In this document: in pieces, positions 17,677 through 27,389 of the stretch
Numbering within the stretch: the stretch's first letter is position 1
How the letters are laid out: the number at the start of each line of letters is the position of its first letter
Source: Escherichia phage vB_EcoM-101117BS1
DNA: 64,000 nucleotides
Direction: 5' to 3' (one strand)
Sequence record: MZ234018.1
Program-made: the position numbers and the translations under genes
Notes under the pieces: generated by a model
The model's database searches: none
What the model saw: only the letters and a program-made list of their open reading frames with translations
What the model was told of the DNA's origin: nothing

Positions 17677-17880
17677 ATGAAATCATATAAAGTAAATTTA
17701 GAACTTTTTGATAAAGCAGTTCATCGAGAATATAGAATCATTCAACGCTTTTTCGATATGGGAGAAGCCGAAGAATTTAAAAACCGCTTTAAAGATATTA
17801 GAGATAAAATTCAATCCGACACCGCAACTAAAGATGAACTACTAGAAGTTGCTGAAGTTATTAAGCGTAATATGAATTAA
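17677..17880 (+). CDS. hypothetical protein (67 aa), rIIA.1 position
   Basis: ATG with GAGGA RBS. Confidence 0.55.
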   Translation: MKSYKVNLELFDKAVHREYRIIQRFFDMGEAEEFKNRFKDIRDKIQSDTATKDELLEVAEVIKRNMN

Positions 17881-17890
17881 TGAGGAAATT

Positions 17891-20068
17891 ATGATTATCA
17901 CCACTGAAAAAGAAACAATTCTTGGTAATGGTTCTAAATCAAAAGCATTTAGCATCACAGCATCTCCTAAAGTATTTAAAATTCTGTCATCTGATTTGTA
18001 TACAAACAAAATTCGCGCAGTAGTCCGTGAATTGATTACCAACATGATTGATGCCCATGCTCTCAATGGAAATCCTGAAAAATTTATCATACAAGTTCCT
18101 GGACGTTTAGACCCACGATTTGTTTGTCGAGATTTTGGTCCGGGTATGAGTGATTTTGATATTCAAGGTGATGATAATTCTCCTGGGTTGTATAATTCAT
18201 ACTTCAGTTCATCTAAAGCTGAATCTAATGACTTTATTGGCGGATTTGGTTTAGGTTCTAAATCTCCATTTAGTTATACTGATACGTTTAGTATTACTTC
18301 GTATCACAAAGGTGAAATTCGTGGTTATGTAGCTTACATGGATGGCGATGGTCCACAAATTAAACCTACATTCGTAAAAGAAATGGGTCCAGATGATAAA
18401 ACTGGTATTGAAATCGTAGTTCCAGTTGAAGAAAAAGACTTTAGAAACTTTGCTTATGAAGTTTCTTATATCATGCGACCATTCAAAGATTTGGCTATCA
18501 TTAATGGTCTTGACCGCGAAATTGATTATTTTCCGGATTTTGATGATTATTATGGCGTAAATCCAGAAAGATACTGGCCTGATCGCGGTGGATTATATGC
18601 TATCTATGGCGGTATTGTTTATCCTATCGATGGTGTTATTAGAGACCGTAACTGGCTAAGCATTCGCAATGAAGTGAATTACATTAAGTTTCCAATGGGT
18701 TCACTTGATATTGCTCCATCTCGCGAGGCTCTTTCACTGGATGATCGCACTCGTAAAAATATTATTGAACGAGTTAAAGAACTCAGTGAGAAAGCATTTA
18801 ATGAAGATGTAAAACGATTTAAAGAATCTACATCTCCTCGTCATACATATCGTGAATTGATGAAGATGGGGTATTCTGCTCGAGATTATATGATTAGTAA
18901 TTCAGTCAAATTCACGACTAAAAATCTGTCATATAAGAAAATGCAGAGCATGTTTGAACCTGACAGTAAGTTATGTAATGCAGGCGTGGTGTATGAAGTA
19001 AATCTTGACCCTCGACTGAAGCGTATTAAGCAAAGTCATGAAACTTCAGCCGTTGCATCAAGTTATCGTCTGTTTGGTATTAATACGACAAAAATTAATA
19101 TTGTTATTGATAATATTAAAAATCGTGTTAATATTGTCCGTGGATTAGCACGTGCATTAGATGATAGTGAATTTAATAACACCTTAAATATTCATCACAA
19201 TGAGCGTCTTCTGTTTATTAATCCGGAAGTAGAATCACAGATTGATTTGCTTCCTGACATTATGGCGATGTTTGAAAGTGATGAAGTTAACATTCATTAT
19301 TTGTCAGAAATTGAAGCTTTAGTTAAAAGCTATATTCCAAAGGTAGTTAAAAGTAAAGCTCTTCGTCCTAAAGCTGCTACAGCATTTAAATTTGAAATTA
19401 AAGATGGGCGATGGGAAAAAGAGGAACTATTTACACTTACGTCAGAAGCAGATGAAATTACTGGTTATGTAGCGTATATGCATCGTTCTGATATTTTCTC
19501 TATGGATGGTACTACATCGCTTTGTCATCCATCTATGAATATTTTGATTCGTATGGCTAATCTTATTGGCATTAATGAATTTTATGTTATTCGTCCGCTT
19601 TTGCAGAAAAAGGTAAAAGAGCTTTGTCAGTGCCAATGTATTTTTGAAGCTTTACGTGATTTATATGTAGATGCTTTTGATGATGTAGATTATGATAAGT
19701 ATGTAGGTTATTCAAGTTCAGCTCAACGATATATTGATAAAATTATCAAGCATCCTGAACTAGATTTTATGATGAAGTACTTCAGTACAGATGAAGTTTC
19801 TGAAGAATATACACGACTTGGTAATATGGTTAGTTCATTACGCGGTGTATATTTCAACGGTGGAAAAGATACCATCGGTCATGATATCTGGACAGTAACT
19901 AATCTCTTTGATGAATTATCACGTAATGCTTCAAAAAATAGTGATAAAATGGTTGCTGAGTTTACCAAGAAATTCCGTATTGTTTCCGACTTCATCGGTT
20001 ATCGCAACTCTTTAAGTGATGATGAAGTTTCCCAAATCGCTAAAACTATGAAGGCCCTTGCGGCCTAA
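17891..20068 (+). CDS. rIIA: rIIA protein
   Basis: 725 aa; N-terminal GHKL-like motifs ([25 protein letters not shown]); followed by rIIB. Confidence 0.9.
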   Translation: MIITTEKETILGNGSKSKAFSITASPKVFKILSSDLYTNKIRAVVRELITNMIDAHALNGNPEKFIIQVPGRLDPRFVCRDFGPGMSDFDIQGDDNSPGLYNSYFSSSKAESNDFIGGFGLGSKSPFSYTDTFSITSYHKGEIRGYVAYMDGDGPQIKPTFVKEMGPDDKTGIEIVVPVEEKDFRNFAYEVSYIMRPFKDLAIINGLDREIDYFPDFDDYYGVNPERYWPDRGGLYAIYGGIVYPIDGVIRDRNWLSIRNEVNYIKFPMGSLDIAPSREALSLDDRTRKNIIERVKELSEKAFNEDVKRFKESTSPRHTYRELMKMGYSARDYMISNSVKFTTKNLSYKKMQSMFEPDSKLCNAGVVYEVNLDPRLKRIKQSHETSAVASSYRLFGINTTKINIVIDNIKNRVNIVRGLARALDDSEFNNTLNIHHNERLLFINPEVESQIDLLPDIMAMFESDEVNIHYLSEIEALVKSYIPKVVKSKALRPKAATAFKFEIKDGRWEKEELFTLTSEADEITGYVAYMHRSDIFSMDGTTSLCHPSMNILIRMANLIGINEFYVIRPLLQKKVKELCQCQCIFEALRDLYVDAFDDVDYDKYVGYSSSAQRYIDKIIKHPELDFMMKYFSTDEVSEEYTRLGNMVSSLRGVYFNGGKDTIGHDIWTVTNLFDELSRNASKNSDKMVAEFTKKFRIVSDFIGYRNSLSDDEVSQIAKTMKALAA

Positions 20069-20079
20069 TAAGGAAAATT

Positions 20080-21018
20080 ATGTACAATATTAAATGCCTG
20101 ACCAAAAACGAACAATCTGAAATTGTTAAATTGTATTCAAGTGGTAATTACACCCAACAGGAATTGGCTGATTGGCAAGGTGTATCGGTTGACACAATCC
20201 GTCGTGTTTTGAAAAATGCTGAAGAAGCTAAACGCTCTAAAGTTACTATTAGCGGTGATATTACAGTTAAAGTTAATAGCGATGCAGTTATTGCTCCAGT
20301 TGCTAAATCTGACATTATTTGGAATGCATCTAAAAAATTCATTTCAATTACTGTTGACGGTGTAACTTATAACGCAACTCCTAATACTCATTCAAACTTC
20401 CAGGAAATTCTTAATCTGCTTGTAGCGGATAAGCTGGAAGAAGCTGCACAAAAAATTAATGTTCGCCGTGCTGTTGAAAAATATATTTCCGGCGATGTTC
20501 GAATTGAAGGTGGAAGCTTGTTCTATCAAAATATCGAATTGCGGTCTGGTTTGGTTGATCGTATTCTTGACTCGATGGAAAAAGGCGAAAACTTTGAATT
20601 TTATTTTCCGTTCTTGGAAAATCTGCTGGAAAACCCAAGCCAAAAAGCGGTATCTCGACTCTTTGATTTCTTGGTAGCAAACGATATTGAAATTACAGAA
20701 GATGGTTACTTCTATGCTTGGAAAGTAGTTCGCAGCAATTACTTTGACTGTCACTCAAACACCTTTGATAACAGTCCGGGTAAAGTAGTTAAAATGCCGC
20801 GTACTCGTGTGAATGACGATGATACACAAACTTGTTCTCGTGGTCTGCATGTGTGTTCTAAATCTTATATTCGTCACTTCGGTGGTTCAACCAGCCGAGT
20901 TGTAAAAGTTAAAGTACATCCACGCGATGTAGTATCAATTCCGATTGATTACAACGATGCTAAAATGCGTACCTGCCAATACGAAGTAGTTGAAGACGTT
21001 ACTGAACAATTTAAATAA
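20080..21018 (+). CDS. rIIB: rIIB protein
   Basis: 312 aa; N-terminus MYNIKCLTKNEQSEIVKLYSSGNYTQQELADWQGVS. Confidence 0.9.
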   Translation: MYNIKCLTKNEQSEIVKLYSSGNYTQQELADWQGVSVDTIRRVLKNAEEAKRSKVTISGDITVKVNSDAVIAPVAKSDIIWNASKKFISITVDGVTYNATPNTHSNFQEILNLLVADKLEEAAQKINVRRAVEKYISGDVRIEGGSLFYQNIELRSGLVDRILDSMEKGENFEFYFPFLENLLENPSQKAVSRLFDFLVANDIEITEDGYFYAWKVVRSNYFDCHSNTFDNSPGKVVKMPRTRVNDDDTQTCSRGLHVCSKSYIRHFGGSTSRVVKVKVHPRDVVSIPIDYNDAKMRTCQYEVVEDVTEQFK

Positions 21019-21033
21019 GGGCTTCGGCCCTTA
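21018..21033 (+). terminator. hairpin after rIIB
   Basis: AAGGGC-TTCG-GCCCTT. Confidence 0.5.
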
Positions 21034-21046
21034 ACTAAGGAAAATT

Positions 21047-21241
21047 ATGTTAGGTTATCAAGCACGAGTAAAAGAAGAATACGATCAATTAATGCTCAAA
21101 ATTAATGCACTGAGTAAATTTTTAGAAAGCACAAAGTTTCTAACGGTTAGTGCAGTTGAGCAAGAACTGCTACTTTCACAGTTCATCTCAATGAAATCTT
21201 ATGCTGAATGTTTAGAGAAAAGAATTGCACAATTCAAATAA
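21047..21241 (+). CDS. hypothetical protein (64 aa)
   Basis: ATG with AAGGAAAA RBS. Confidence 0.5.
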   Translation: MLGYQARVKEEYDQLMLKINALSKFLESTKFLTVSAVEQELLLSQFISMKSYAECLEKRIAQFK

Positions 21242-21243
21242 AT

Positions 21244-21268
21244 AAGGGCTTCGGCCCTTTTGTTTTAA
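21244..21268 (+). terminator. intrinsic terminator
   Basis: AAGGGC-TTCG-GCCCTTTTGTTTT. Confidence 0.65.
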
Positions 21269-21323
21269 GGGAAACTATGATTTTGTATGAATATCAGTGA
21301 TTCCGACGTAAAAGGAAAGTTTA

Positions 21324-21881
21324 ATGCAGAAAACGAATCCGGGTTTACAGAGACTATTTCAGATTCCGACATTTACCCTATCGAACAGTGACTTGACTAG
21401 TGAAATGAAGGTCAAAATTGCTGATACAGCAAGATACTCTTTAAAACAAAACCCGAACCAGGATAAAGCAGAAGTTATCGAAAGATGCCGTATCGCTGTG
21501 TACGCAGAGTTTTTTGTGGCAGATTGGCTAAGCGGATATGTCAATAAAGGCCAAGAAAATGTCGATGATCCGTACACGTATGCATGGGATGTTTTAGCGC
21601 ATCCAAAATATTGCGGGCTTCGTGTAGAAGTCAAAACACATCAAACTGACTCGCGTTGGATTTCGGTAACAACGGGATGCAGCGGAGAGTATCCATATGG
21701 TTCTGGAATAAATTTAGGGCCCATTCTAAATCATCAAGTCGCTGACTGTATAATTATATTCAACACTAAAGAAATTCATCCAGGTGTCATCCAGTACACT
21801 CCGAAGTTCATCGGTGACAGAGAAGACCTTCGTAGGGTTGTAAGAAAAAGCAACTACAACGGATGGTATCTTTCCATTTAA
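21324..21881 (+). CDS. denB: endonuclease IV DenB (probable)
   Basis: 185 aa; position after rIIB as in T4. Confidence 0.7.
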   Translation: MQKTNPGLQRLFQIPTFTLSNSDLTSEMKVKIADTARYSLKQNPNQDKAEVIERCRIAVYAEFFVADWLSGYVNKGQENVDDPYTYAWDVLAHPKYCGLRVEVKTHQTDSRWISVTTGCSGEYPYGSGINLGPILNHQVADCIIIFNTKEIHPGVIQYTPKFIGDREDLRRVVRKSNYNGWYLSI

Positions 21882-21898
21882 AAAAATTTCACAAAACA

Positions 21899-21928
21899 GT
21901 TTACATACCACAAGGACCGTGGTACTAT
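21899..21928 (+). promoter_or_regulatory. early promoter within a repeated promoter/leader cassette
   Basis: GTTTACA...TGGTACTATACAACTATCAACTACTGATAC. Confidence 0.55.
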
Positions 21929-21965
21929 ACAACTATCAACTACTGATACGGATTTGGAGAATAAA

Positions 21966-22229
21966 ATGAAATTTAAATTTTATTACGCTAAACATAAAAT
22001 AACTGATGAGTTTGTGTCAGTTGAATATTCTAGCGATGATGAAGGCATGATTTATACTCGCTTAGGATTATCGCATTGGGAGTCTGATCAGCCTTATTTT
22101 TCAACTCCCGAAGAAATTACACGCTTAATTAATGGTCATATGAATGACCACTGGAATGTAATTCTTTCAGATAGTCTTAAAGCGGCTATTAATAGTAATG
22201 AAATGAAAATCGCTGAGATTGAGCTATGA
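21966..22229 (+). CDS. hypothetical protein (87 aa)
   Basis: ATG 21966 after TGGAG RBS; ORF-track start 21954 is a TTG. Confidence 0.5.
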   Translation: MKFKFYYAKHKITDEFVSVEYSSDDEGMIYTRLGLSHWESDQPYFSTPEEITRLINGHMNDHWNVILSDSLKAAINSNEMKIAEIEL

Positions 22230-22312
22230 GTTCATTATGGTGGTGTTTTATTTGGTTAATTAGTATTCCAGTAATTTGTTTAACATTTACTTTTGTAATG
22301 AGGTTATTATGA
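22226..22312 (+). CDS. tiny hydrophobic peptide (28 aa)
   Basis: ATGA overlap with previous stop; MSSLWWCFIWLISIPVICLTFTFVMRLL. Confidence 0.3.
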   Translation: MSSLWWCFIWLISIPVICLTFTFVMRLL

Positions 22313-22407
22313 AAATTTTGAATTCTGTACTTATTGCTTGCGCGTGGTGGGTTGCACAGGTTTCAGCGGTAGTAGTTGGTATTCACATTTATTACGAATA
22401 TTTTTAA
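22309..22407 (+). CDS. tiny hydrophobic peptide (32 aa)
   Basis: ATGA overlap; MKILNSVLIACAWWVAQVSAVVVGIHIYYEYF. Confidence 0.3.
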   Translation: MKILNSVLIACAWWVAQVSAVVVGIHIYYEYF

Positions 22408-22414
22408 AAAAGTT

Positions 22415-22444
22415 GTTTACAAGACTGTTCTTCCGTGGTATTAT
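22415..22444 (+). promoter_or_regulatory. phage early promoter
   Basis: GTTTAC 22415-22420, 18-bp spacer, TGGTATTAT. Confidence 0.55.
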
Positions 22445-22472
22445 TACTCTATCAACTACGGAGGAACAGAAA

Positions 22473-22586
22473 ATGAAAAAGATTATTAAAGCTATATGGA
22501 ATGTAGTTATAATATTAATAGTTTTGAGTATATTCCCAATCGTTTTAATGATTGATGTATTAAACGCTTACTTTGGATTTATGTGA
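22473..22586 (+). CDS. tiny membrane peptide (37 aa)
   Basis: GGAGGA RBS; one hydrophobic helix. Confidence 0.4.
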   Translation: MKKIIKAIWNVVIILIVLSIFPIVLMIDVLNAYFGFM

Positions 22587-22593
22587 GGAAAAT

Positions 22594-22791
22594 ATGAAGC
22601 GTAAACGCAGTGCTTTTACATTTATTGAATGGTTTTTCGATAATATTTTTCCGGCTTTATTCATTTTCATGCTGATTTTTGCGCTAGGTTCAGTTGTAGT
22701 TGGAATCTATTTGATGGCAGTAGTCGGAATGGATATTCATCAAAATGGTTTAAAATCCGTAGTTGAAACAATTTGGAATGGTGTAAAATGA
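22594..22791 (+). CDS. small membrane protein (65 aa)
   Basis: ATG 22594 after GAGGAAAAT; hydrophobic core. Confidence 0.5.
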   Translation: MKRKRSAFTFIEWFFDNIFPALFIFMLIFALGSVVVGIYLMAVVGMDIHQNGLKSVVETIWNGVK

Positions 22792-22898
22792 TGAATTTAC
22801 TAAACATTTGGTTTTATATTCTTATGTTTTACATTGGTGCAAATTTTCCGTATTGGATGGGATGGTCAACAACTGCATTTGGATTTTATACTCCTTGA
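22788..22898 (+). CDS. tiny hydrophobic peptide (36 aa)
   Basis: ATG overlaps previous stop. Confidence 0.3.
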   Translation: MMNLLNIWFYILMFYIGANFPYWMGWSTTAFGFYTP

Positions 22899-22906
22899 GG
22901 TGAATT

Positions 22907-23122
22907 ATGAAAATCTTTAAAGATGTAAAAGTTGGTGAAATTTTCTGTTTAGATAACGGTGATCAGTTAATTCGTATTTCACCTCTTAAGAGCACCAGCG
23001 AGAAAATGACAGTTAACGCTACTTTAGCAAATAACAGTAATGAACGTTTCTGTATTGAAAATGATACTGAAACTTATACTGTAGAAGAGTTTTGGGAATT
23101 GAGCGTCGACTGCGACGATTAA
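22907..23122 (+). CDS. hypothetical protein (71 aa)
   Basis: ATG with GAGG RBS; acidic. Confidence 0.5.
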   Translation: MKIFKDVKVGEIFCLDNGDQLIRISPLKSTSEKMTVNATLANNSNERFCIENDTETYTVEEFWELSVDCDD

Positions 23123-23182
23123 TTTATCGGGCCGTATGTATTCATGCGGCCTTGGAGTAGAAAATAATTAGAGGAAATTAAC

Positions 23183-23638
23183 ATGAAATATATGACTGTT
23201 ACTGATTTGAATAATGCAGGCGCAACTGTTATTGGTACAATCAAGGGCGGTGAATGGGTTTTTGGAACTCCGCATAAAGACATTTTGTCTAACCCTGGAT
23301 TTTACTTTTTAGTGAGCAAATTTGGTGGTCCATTTGATAGTCCGTGTGTATCTGCACGATTTTATGTAGGTAATCAGCGTTCTAAACAAGGGTTCAGTGC
23401 AGTTCTAAGTCATATTCGTCAGCGTCGGTCTCAGCTTGCGCGTACTATTGCAAATAACAATGTTCCATACACAGTATTTTATCTTCCTGCTTCTAAGATG
23501 AAACCTTTGACGACAGGATTTGGAAAAGGTCAGTTAGCTTTGGCGTTTACTCGTAATCATCATTCTGAGTATCAAACGCTTGAAGAAATGAACCGTATGT
23601 TGGCTGATAACTTTAAATTTGTTTTGCAGGCATACTAA
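23183..23638 (+). CDS. ndd: Ndd nucleoid disruption protein
   Basis: 151 aa; position between denB and stp; GAGGAAA RBS. Confidence 0.8.
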   Translation: MKYMTVTDLNNAGATVIGTIKGGEWVFGTPHKDILSNPGFYFLVSKFGGPFDSPCVSARFYVGNQRSKQGFSAVLSHIRQRRSQLARTIANNNVPYTVFYLPASKMKPLTTGFGKGQLALAFTRNHHSEYQTLEEMNRMLADNFKFVLQAY

Positions 23639-23811
23639 TGAAAGCTCTATTTGTAATGGGTTACCTATTAGTTTTAGCCTTATTCACATTGACTGGAATC
23701 TTTACGGCTTTAGGTCTACCTCTTAATGATAATGTGGCTGTCGTGATGTGTGTAGGTGGCGGATTTATCTGTTTTGAACGTTTATGCAAAATGTGTGGTG
23801 TGTATGAGTAA
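23638..23811 (+). CDS. small membrane protein (57 aa)
   Basis: ATG overlaps the ndd stop (TAATG); hydrophobic; Cys-rich C-terminus. Confidence 0.4.
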
Positions 23812-23884
23812 TTTCCATAACGAACATGTGATGCAGTTCTATCGTAACAATCTTAAAACCAAAGGCGTCTTCGGACGCCAGTGA
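23804..23884 (+). CDS. stp: Stp peptide (26 aa; modulator of the PrrC anticodon nuclease / EcoprrI)
   Basis: [26 protein letters not shown] matches my recollection of T4 Stp. Confidence 0.8.
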
Positions 23885-23891
23885 GGAAAAT

Positions 23892-24047
23892 ATGAAATTT
23901 GTTCACGGTATAGCCTTTTTCTGTTGGTTCTTTTTATGCATCGGAACAGTAATAACCGGAGAAACTTCAGTATTTTTGCAAGCATCAGCTCAGGGCGTAT
24001 TAGCGATTTTATCATTATTCGCGTACATTGGTTCTAAAAATAGTTGA
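23892..24047 (+). CDS. small membrane protein (51 aa), possibly Ac
   Basis: 51 aa hydrophobic; position between stp and 52; paralog of the next ORF. Confidence 0.45.
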   Translation: MKFVHGIAFFCWFFLCIGTVITGETSVFLQASAQGVLAILSLFAYIGSKNS

Positions 24048-24057
24048 GGAGAATATT

Positions 24058-24216
24058 ATGAATATCGCAAAATTATTAGGAGTTATTTCATTTATTTGTT
24101 GGATAGTAGCATGTGTTTTAACTATCTGTATCGATGCTAGCAGTGTGTTTTCACAAGCTTTAGCCCAGGGTATGTGTGCATATTTAACATTTGTGTTGTT
24201 ATCTACTAATGATTAA
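24058..24216 (+). CDS. small membrane protein (52 aa), paralog of 23892-24047
   Basis: ATG 24058 after GAGGAG; shares the SVF-QA-AQG core. Confidence 0.45.
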   Translation: MNIAKLLGVISFICWIVACVLTICIDASSVFSQALAQGMCAYLTFVLLSTND

Positions 24217-24353
24217 GAAAATCTTGGGCTATTCATTAGCCCTTGCTACTTTATTAGTAGCACTATATTATGGAGTAATGTTCGGATTAATTCAAGTCGT
24301 GCTTTTCATTTCTGATGTTATTATGGCACTACATTCACTAGTATGGTAAATTT

Positions 24354-25682
24354 ATGCAACTGAATAATCGCGATTTAAAAAGTATCATTGATAATGAAGC
24401 ATTGGCTTATGCTATGTACACGGTTGAAAATCGTGCTATTCCAAATATGATTGATGGATTTAAGCCAGTTCAACGATTTGTTATTGCTCGAGCTCTTGAT
24501 TTGGCACGAGGAAATAAAGATAAGTTTCACAAACTCGCTTCTATTGCAGGTGGTGTAGCGGACCTTGGATATCATCATGGTGAAAACTCTGCGCAAGACG
24601 CAGGTGCTTTGATGGCTAACACTTGGAATAATAACTTTCCTCTGTTAGATGGTCAAGGAAACTTCGGTTCTCGTACTGTCCAAAAGGCAGCAGCAAGTCG
24701 TTATATTTTTGCTCGTGTAAGTAAAAATTTCTATAACGTATATAAAGATACTGAATATGCTCCGGTACATCAAGATAAAGAACACATTCCGCCTGCTTTC
24801 TATTTGCCTATTATTCCTACTGTTCTTCTTAATGGCGTTTCCGGTATTGCAACTGGTTATGCAACTTACATTCTTCCTCATAGTGTTTCTTCTGTTAAGA
24901 AAGCTGTACTGCAAGCTCTTCAAGGAAAGAAAGTAACTAAACCGAAGGTAGAATTCCCAGAATTTCGTGGTGAAGTCGTTGAAATTGATGGGCAATATGA
25001 AATTCGTGGAACATATAAGTTTACTTCACGAACTCAAATGCATATCACTGAGATTCCGTATAAGTATGATCGTGAAACTTACGTGAGTAAAATCTTAGAC
25101 CCACTTGAAGATAAAGGCTTCATTACATGGGATGATGCTTGCGGTGAGCACGGTTTTGGATTCAAAGTTAAATTCCGCAAAGAATATTCTTTGAGCGATA
25201 ATGAAGAAGAACGCCATGCAAAAATTATGAAAGACTTCGGGTTGATTGAGCGTCGTTCTCAGAATATTACGGTTATTAATGAGAAAGGAAAACTGCAAGT
25301 TTACGATAACGTAGTTGATTTAATCAAAGACTTCGTCGAAGTTCGTAAAACTTATGTCCAAAAACGAATTGATAACAAAATTAAAGAAACTGAGTCAGCT
25401 TTTCGTTTAGCCTTTGCCAAGGCACATTTCATTAAGAAAGTAATTTCAGGTGAAATTGTTGTACAGGGTAAAACTCGTAAAGAACTGACCGAAGAACTTT
25501 CGAAAATCGATATGTATTCTTCTTATGTTGATAAACTAGTTGGAATGAATATTTTTCATATGACTTCCGACGAAGCAAAGAAACTTGCTGAAGAAGCTAA
25601 AGCTAAAAAAGAAGAAAACGAATATTGGAAAACTACTGATGTAGTTACTGAATACACCAAAGATTTAGAGGAAATCAAATGA
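24354..25682 (+). CDS. 52: DNA topoisomerase II medium subunit gp52 (GyrA-like)
   Basis: 442 aa; topoisomerase A-subunit homology; N-terminus MQLNNRDLKSIIDNEALAYAMYTVENRAIPNMIDGFKPVQRF. Confidence 0.95.
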   Translation: MQLNNRDLKSIIDNEALAYAMYTVENRAIPNMIDGFKPVQRFVIARALDLARGNKDKFHKLASIAGGVADLGYHHGENSAQDAGALMANTWNNNFPLLDGQGNFGSRTVQKAAASRYIFARVSKNFYNVYKDTEYAPVHQDKEHIPPAFYLPIIPTVLLNGVSGIATGYATYILPHSVSSVKKAVLQALQGKKVTKPKVEFPEFRGEVVEIDGQYEIRGTYKFTSRTQMHITEIPYKYDRETYVSKILDPLEDKGFITWDDACGEHGFGFKVKFRKEYSLSDNEEERHAKIMKDFGLIERRSQNITVINEKGKLQVYDNVVDLIKDFVEVRKTYVQKRIDNKIKETESAFRLAFAKAHFIKKVISGEIVVQGKTRKELTEELSKIDMYSSYVDKLVGMNIFHMTSDEAKKLAEEAKAKKEENEYWKTTDVVTEYTKDLEEIK

Positions 25683-25828
25683 GTCCATTCATTGGTATTA
25701 CAAGCGCTGCATTAGTATCTGGTAGCATTTTACTGGCGGGTTTAGGCGTTGTTCCAGCAGTAGCAGGAGGTCTTCTTGCGTTCGGCATTCAACGTGTTAT
25801 CATGACAGTTATCACAGTCATGCAGTAA
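25679..25828 (+). CDS. small membrane peptide (49 aa)
   Basis: ATGA overlap with the gene 52 stop; Gly/Ala-rich hydrophobic. Confidence 0.4.
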   Translation: MSPFIGITSAALVSGSILLAGLGVVPAVAGGLLAFGIQRVIMTVITVMQ

Positions 25829-25833
25829 TTTTA

Positions 25834-25864
25834 GGGAGAGCCGAGGCTCTCCCTTTTTTATTTT
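25834..25864 (+). terminator. intrinsic terminator
   Basis: GGGAGAGCC-GA-GGCTCTCCC followed by TTTTTT. Confidence 0.75.
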
Positions 25865-25884
25865 AAAATTTTTTTCACAAAACG

Positions 25885-25924
25885 GTTTACAACCAAAGCA
25901 TACTGTGGTACTATACAACTATCA
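25885..25924 (+). promoter_or_regulatory. early promoter within a repeated promoter/leader cassette
   Basis: ttttcacaaaacGGTTTACA...TGGTACTATACAACTATCAACTACTGATAC. Confidence 0.6.
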
Positions 25925-25955
25925 ACTACTGATACAGAATTACGGAGATTAGAAA

Positions 25956-26591
25956 ATGTCTAAAGTAACTTACATCATCAAAGCTTCTAACGATGTTCTG
26001 AATGAAAAAACTGCTGCGATTTTAATTACCATTGCTAAGAAAGATTTCATTACAGCTGCGGAAGTTCGTGAGGTGCATCCAGATTTAGGTAACGCAGTAG
26101 TTAATAGTAATATTGGGGTGTTGATTAAAAAAGGCCTGGTGGAGAAATCTGGTGATGGATTAATCATTACTGGTGAAGCTCAGGATATTATTTCAAATGC
26201 AGCAACTTTATACGCGCAAGAAAATGCTCCGGAACTACTGAAAAAACGAGCAACTCGTAAAGCTCGTGAGATTACTTCTGATATGGAAGAAGATAAAGAC
26301 CTCATGTTAAAACTTTTAGATGAAAATGGATTTGTTCTTAAAAAGGTCGAAACTTATCGCAGTAACTATCTCGCTATTTTAGAAAAACGCACTCACGGAA
26401 TTCGTAATTTTGAAATTAACAACAATGGAAATATGCGAATTTTTGGATACAAAATGATGGAACATCATATTCAGAAATTTACTGACATCGGAATGTCATG
26501 TAAAATCGCTAAAAACGGTAATGTGTATCTTGACATTAAACGCTCGGCAGAAAACATTGAAGCTGTAATCACTGTAGCATCTGAACTGTGA
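25956..26591 (+). CDS. motA: MotA middle-transcription activator
   Basis: 211 aa; MSKVTYIIKASNDVLNEKTAAILITIAKKDFITAAEVREVHPDLGNAVVNSNIGVLIKKGLVEKSGDGLIITGEAQD. Confidence 0.9.
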   Translation: MSKVTYIIKASNDVLNEKTAAILITIAKKDFITAAEVREVHPDLGNAVVNSNIGVLIKKGLVEKSGDGLIITGEAQDIISNAATLYAQENAPELLKKRATRKAREITSDMEEDKDLMLKLLDENGFVLKKVETYRSNYLAILEKRTHGIRNFEINNNGNMRIFGYKMMEHHIQKFTDIGMSCKIAKNGNVYLDIKRSAENIEAVITVASEL

Positions 26592-26601
26592 GGAATAAAT
26601 A

Positions 26602-26931
26602 ATGAACAAGTTAGAAATTGTTAATGAACTTCGTCGTTGCGCAGAACCCACTCAAGAGGGGTGGGACATCTGGTATCATGGAGCTTATCTTGGAACTATC
26701 GTAAAGATTAAGACTGGTAAATACATGATTATTCGTGAAAGTAAAGATGCTCCAGTAGGTATTCGCAATAATTTTATGGCAGCGATAAGTTCATTTACTG
26801 ATGCAGCTTACGAAATTTACCTTGCCGATTATAAAGAATATCAGCAGTCACAACCGGTTATTCGTTCAATTGGTGTTAACAAAGCTCAGCAGAAAACTTT
26901 GTGGCAACGTATTAAAGGATGGTTTAAATGA
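26602..26931 (+). CDS. hypothetical protein (109 aa)
   Basis: ATG with GAGGAATAAA RBS. Confidence 0.55.
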   Translation: MNKLEIVNELRRCAEPTQEGWDIWYHGAYLGTIVKIKTGKYMIIRESKDAPVGIRNNFMAAISSFTDAAYEIYLADYKEYQQSQPVIRSIGVNKAQQKTLWQRIKGWFK

Positions 26932-27389
26932 AAACTTTTAAAGAACGTTTAGCTCTGTTAAATAAAGCTTTGTCGCGTGAGACTCCGGAAAGTCTGGCTG
27001 CTAAATTAGCTTCTTACGGTGGTGAATATACAGAACAAAATGTTTTAGATGAAGTTCCTGAAATCTGTTGGCAGACTGCATATTGGGATGAAAAACAAAA
27101 GTATCAACGACGAATTGTCTGTGCAGCCAACCGTTTTAAATTAAAAGATGGACGAACTCTTATTATTCCAGGTGCTCGTCATTATTCTAAAGATATGGCC
27201 GAAGTTTTAGATGTAGTTAAACCTCAATTAGTTACTCAACAAGTTTGTGATGATGACCAAGGGTTTATTGACCAATATAGTAATTATTGGACACGTGAAG
27301 AAGCAATGATTATTGCAACTTACGCTGGACAAGTACGTATTGAACGCGGTGGTAGTGAAAAAGAACTTTACTCTGAGGACCTTTACTAA
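26928..27389 (+). CDS. hypothetical protein (153 aa)
   Basis: ATGA overlap with the previous stop. Confidence 0.55.
   Translation: MKTFKERLALLNKALSRETPESLAAKLASYGGEYTEQNVLDEVPEICWQTAYWDEKQKYQRRIVCAANRFKLKDGRTLIIPGARHYSKDMAEVLDVVKPQLVTQQVCDDDQGFIDQYSNYWTREEAMIIATYAGQVRIERGGSEKELYSEDLY

Noticed and set aside
23128-23155. Possible terminator hairpin GGCCGTATG-TATT-CATGCGGCC after ORF 22907-23122
   Set aside because: Imperfect stem and no downstream T-run; too weak to call.
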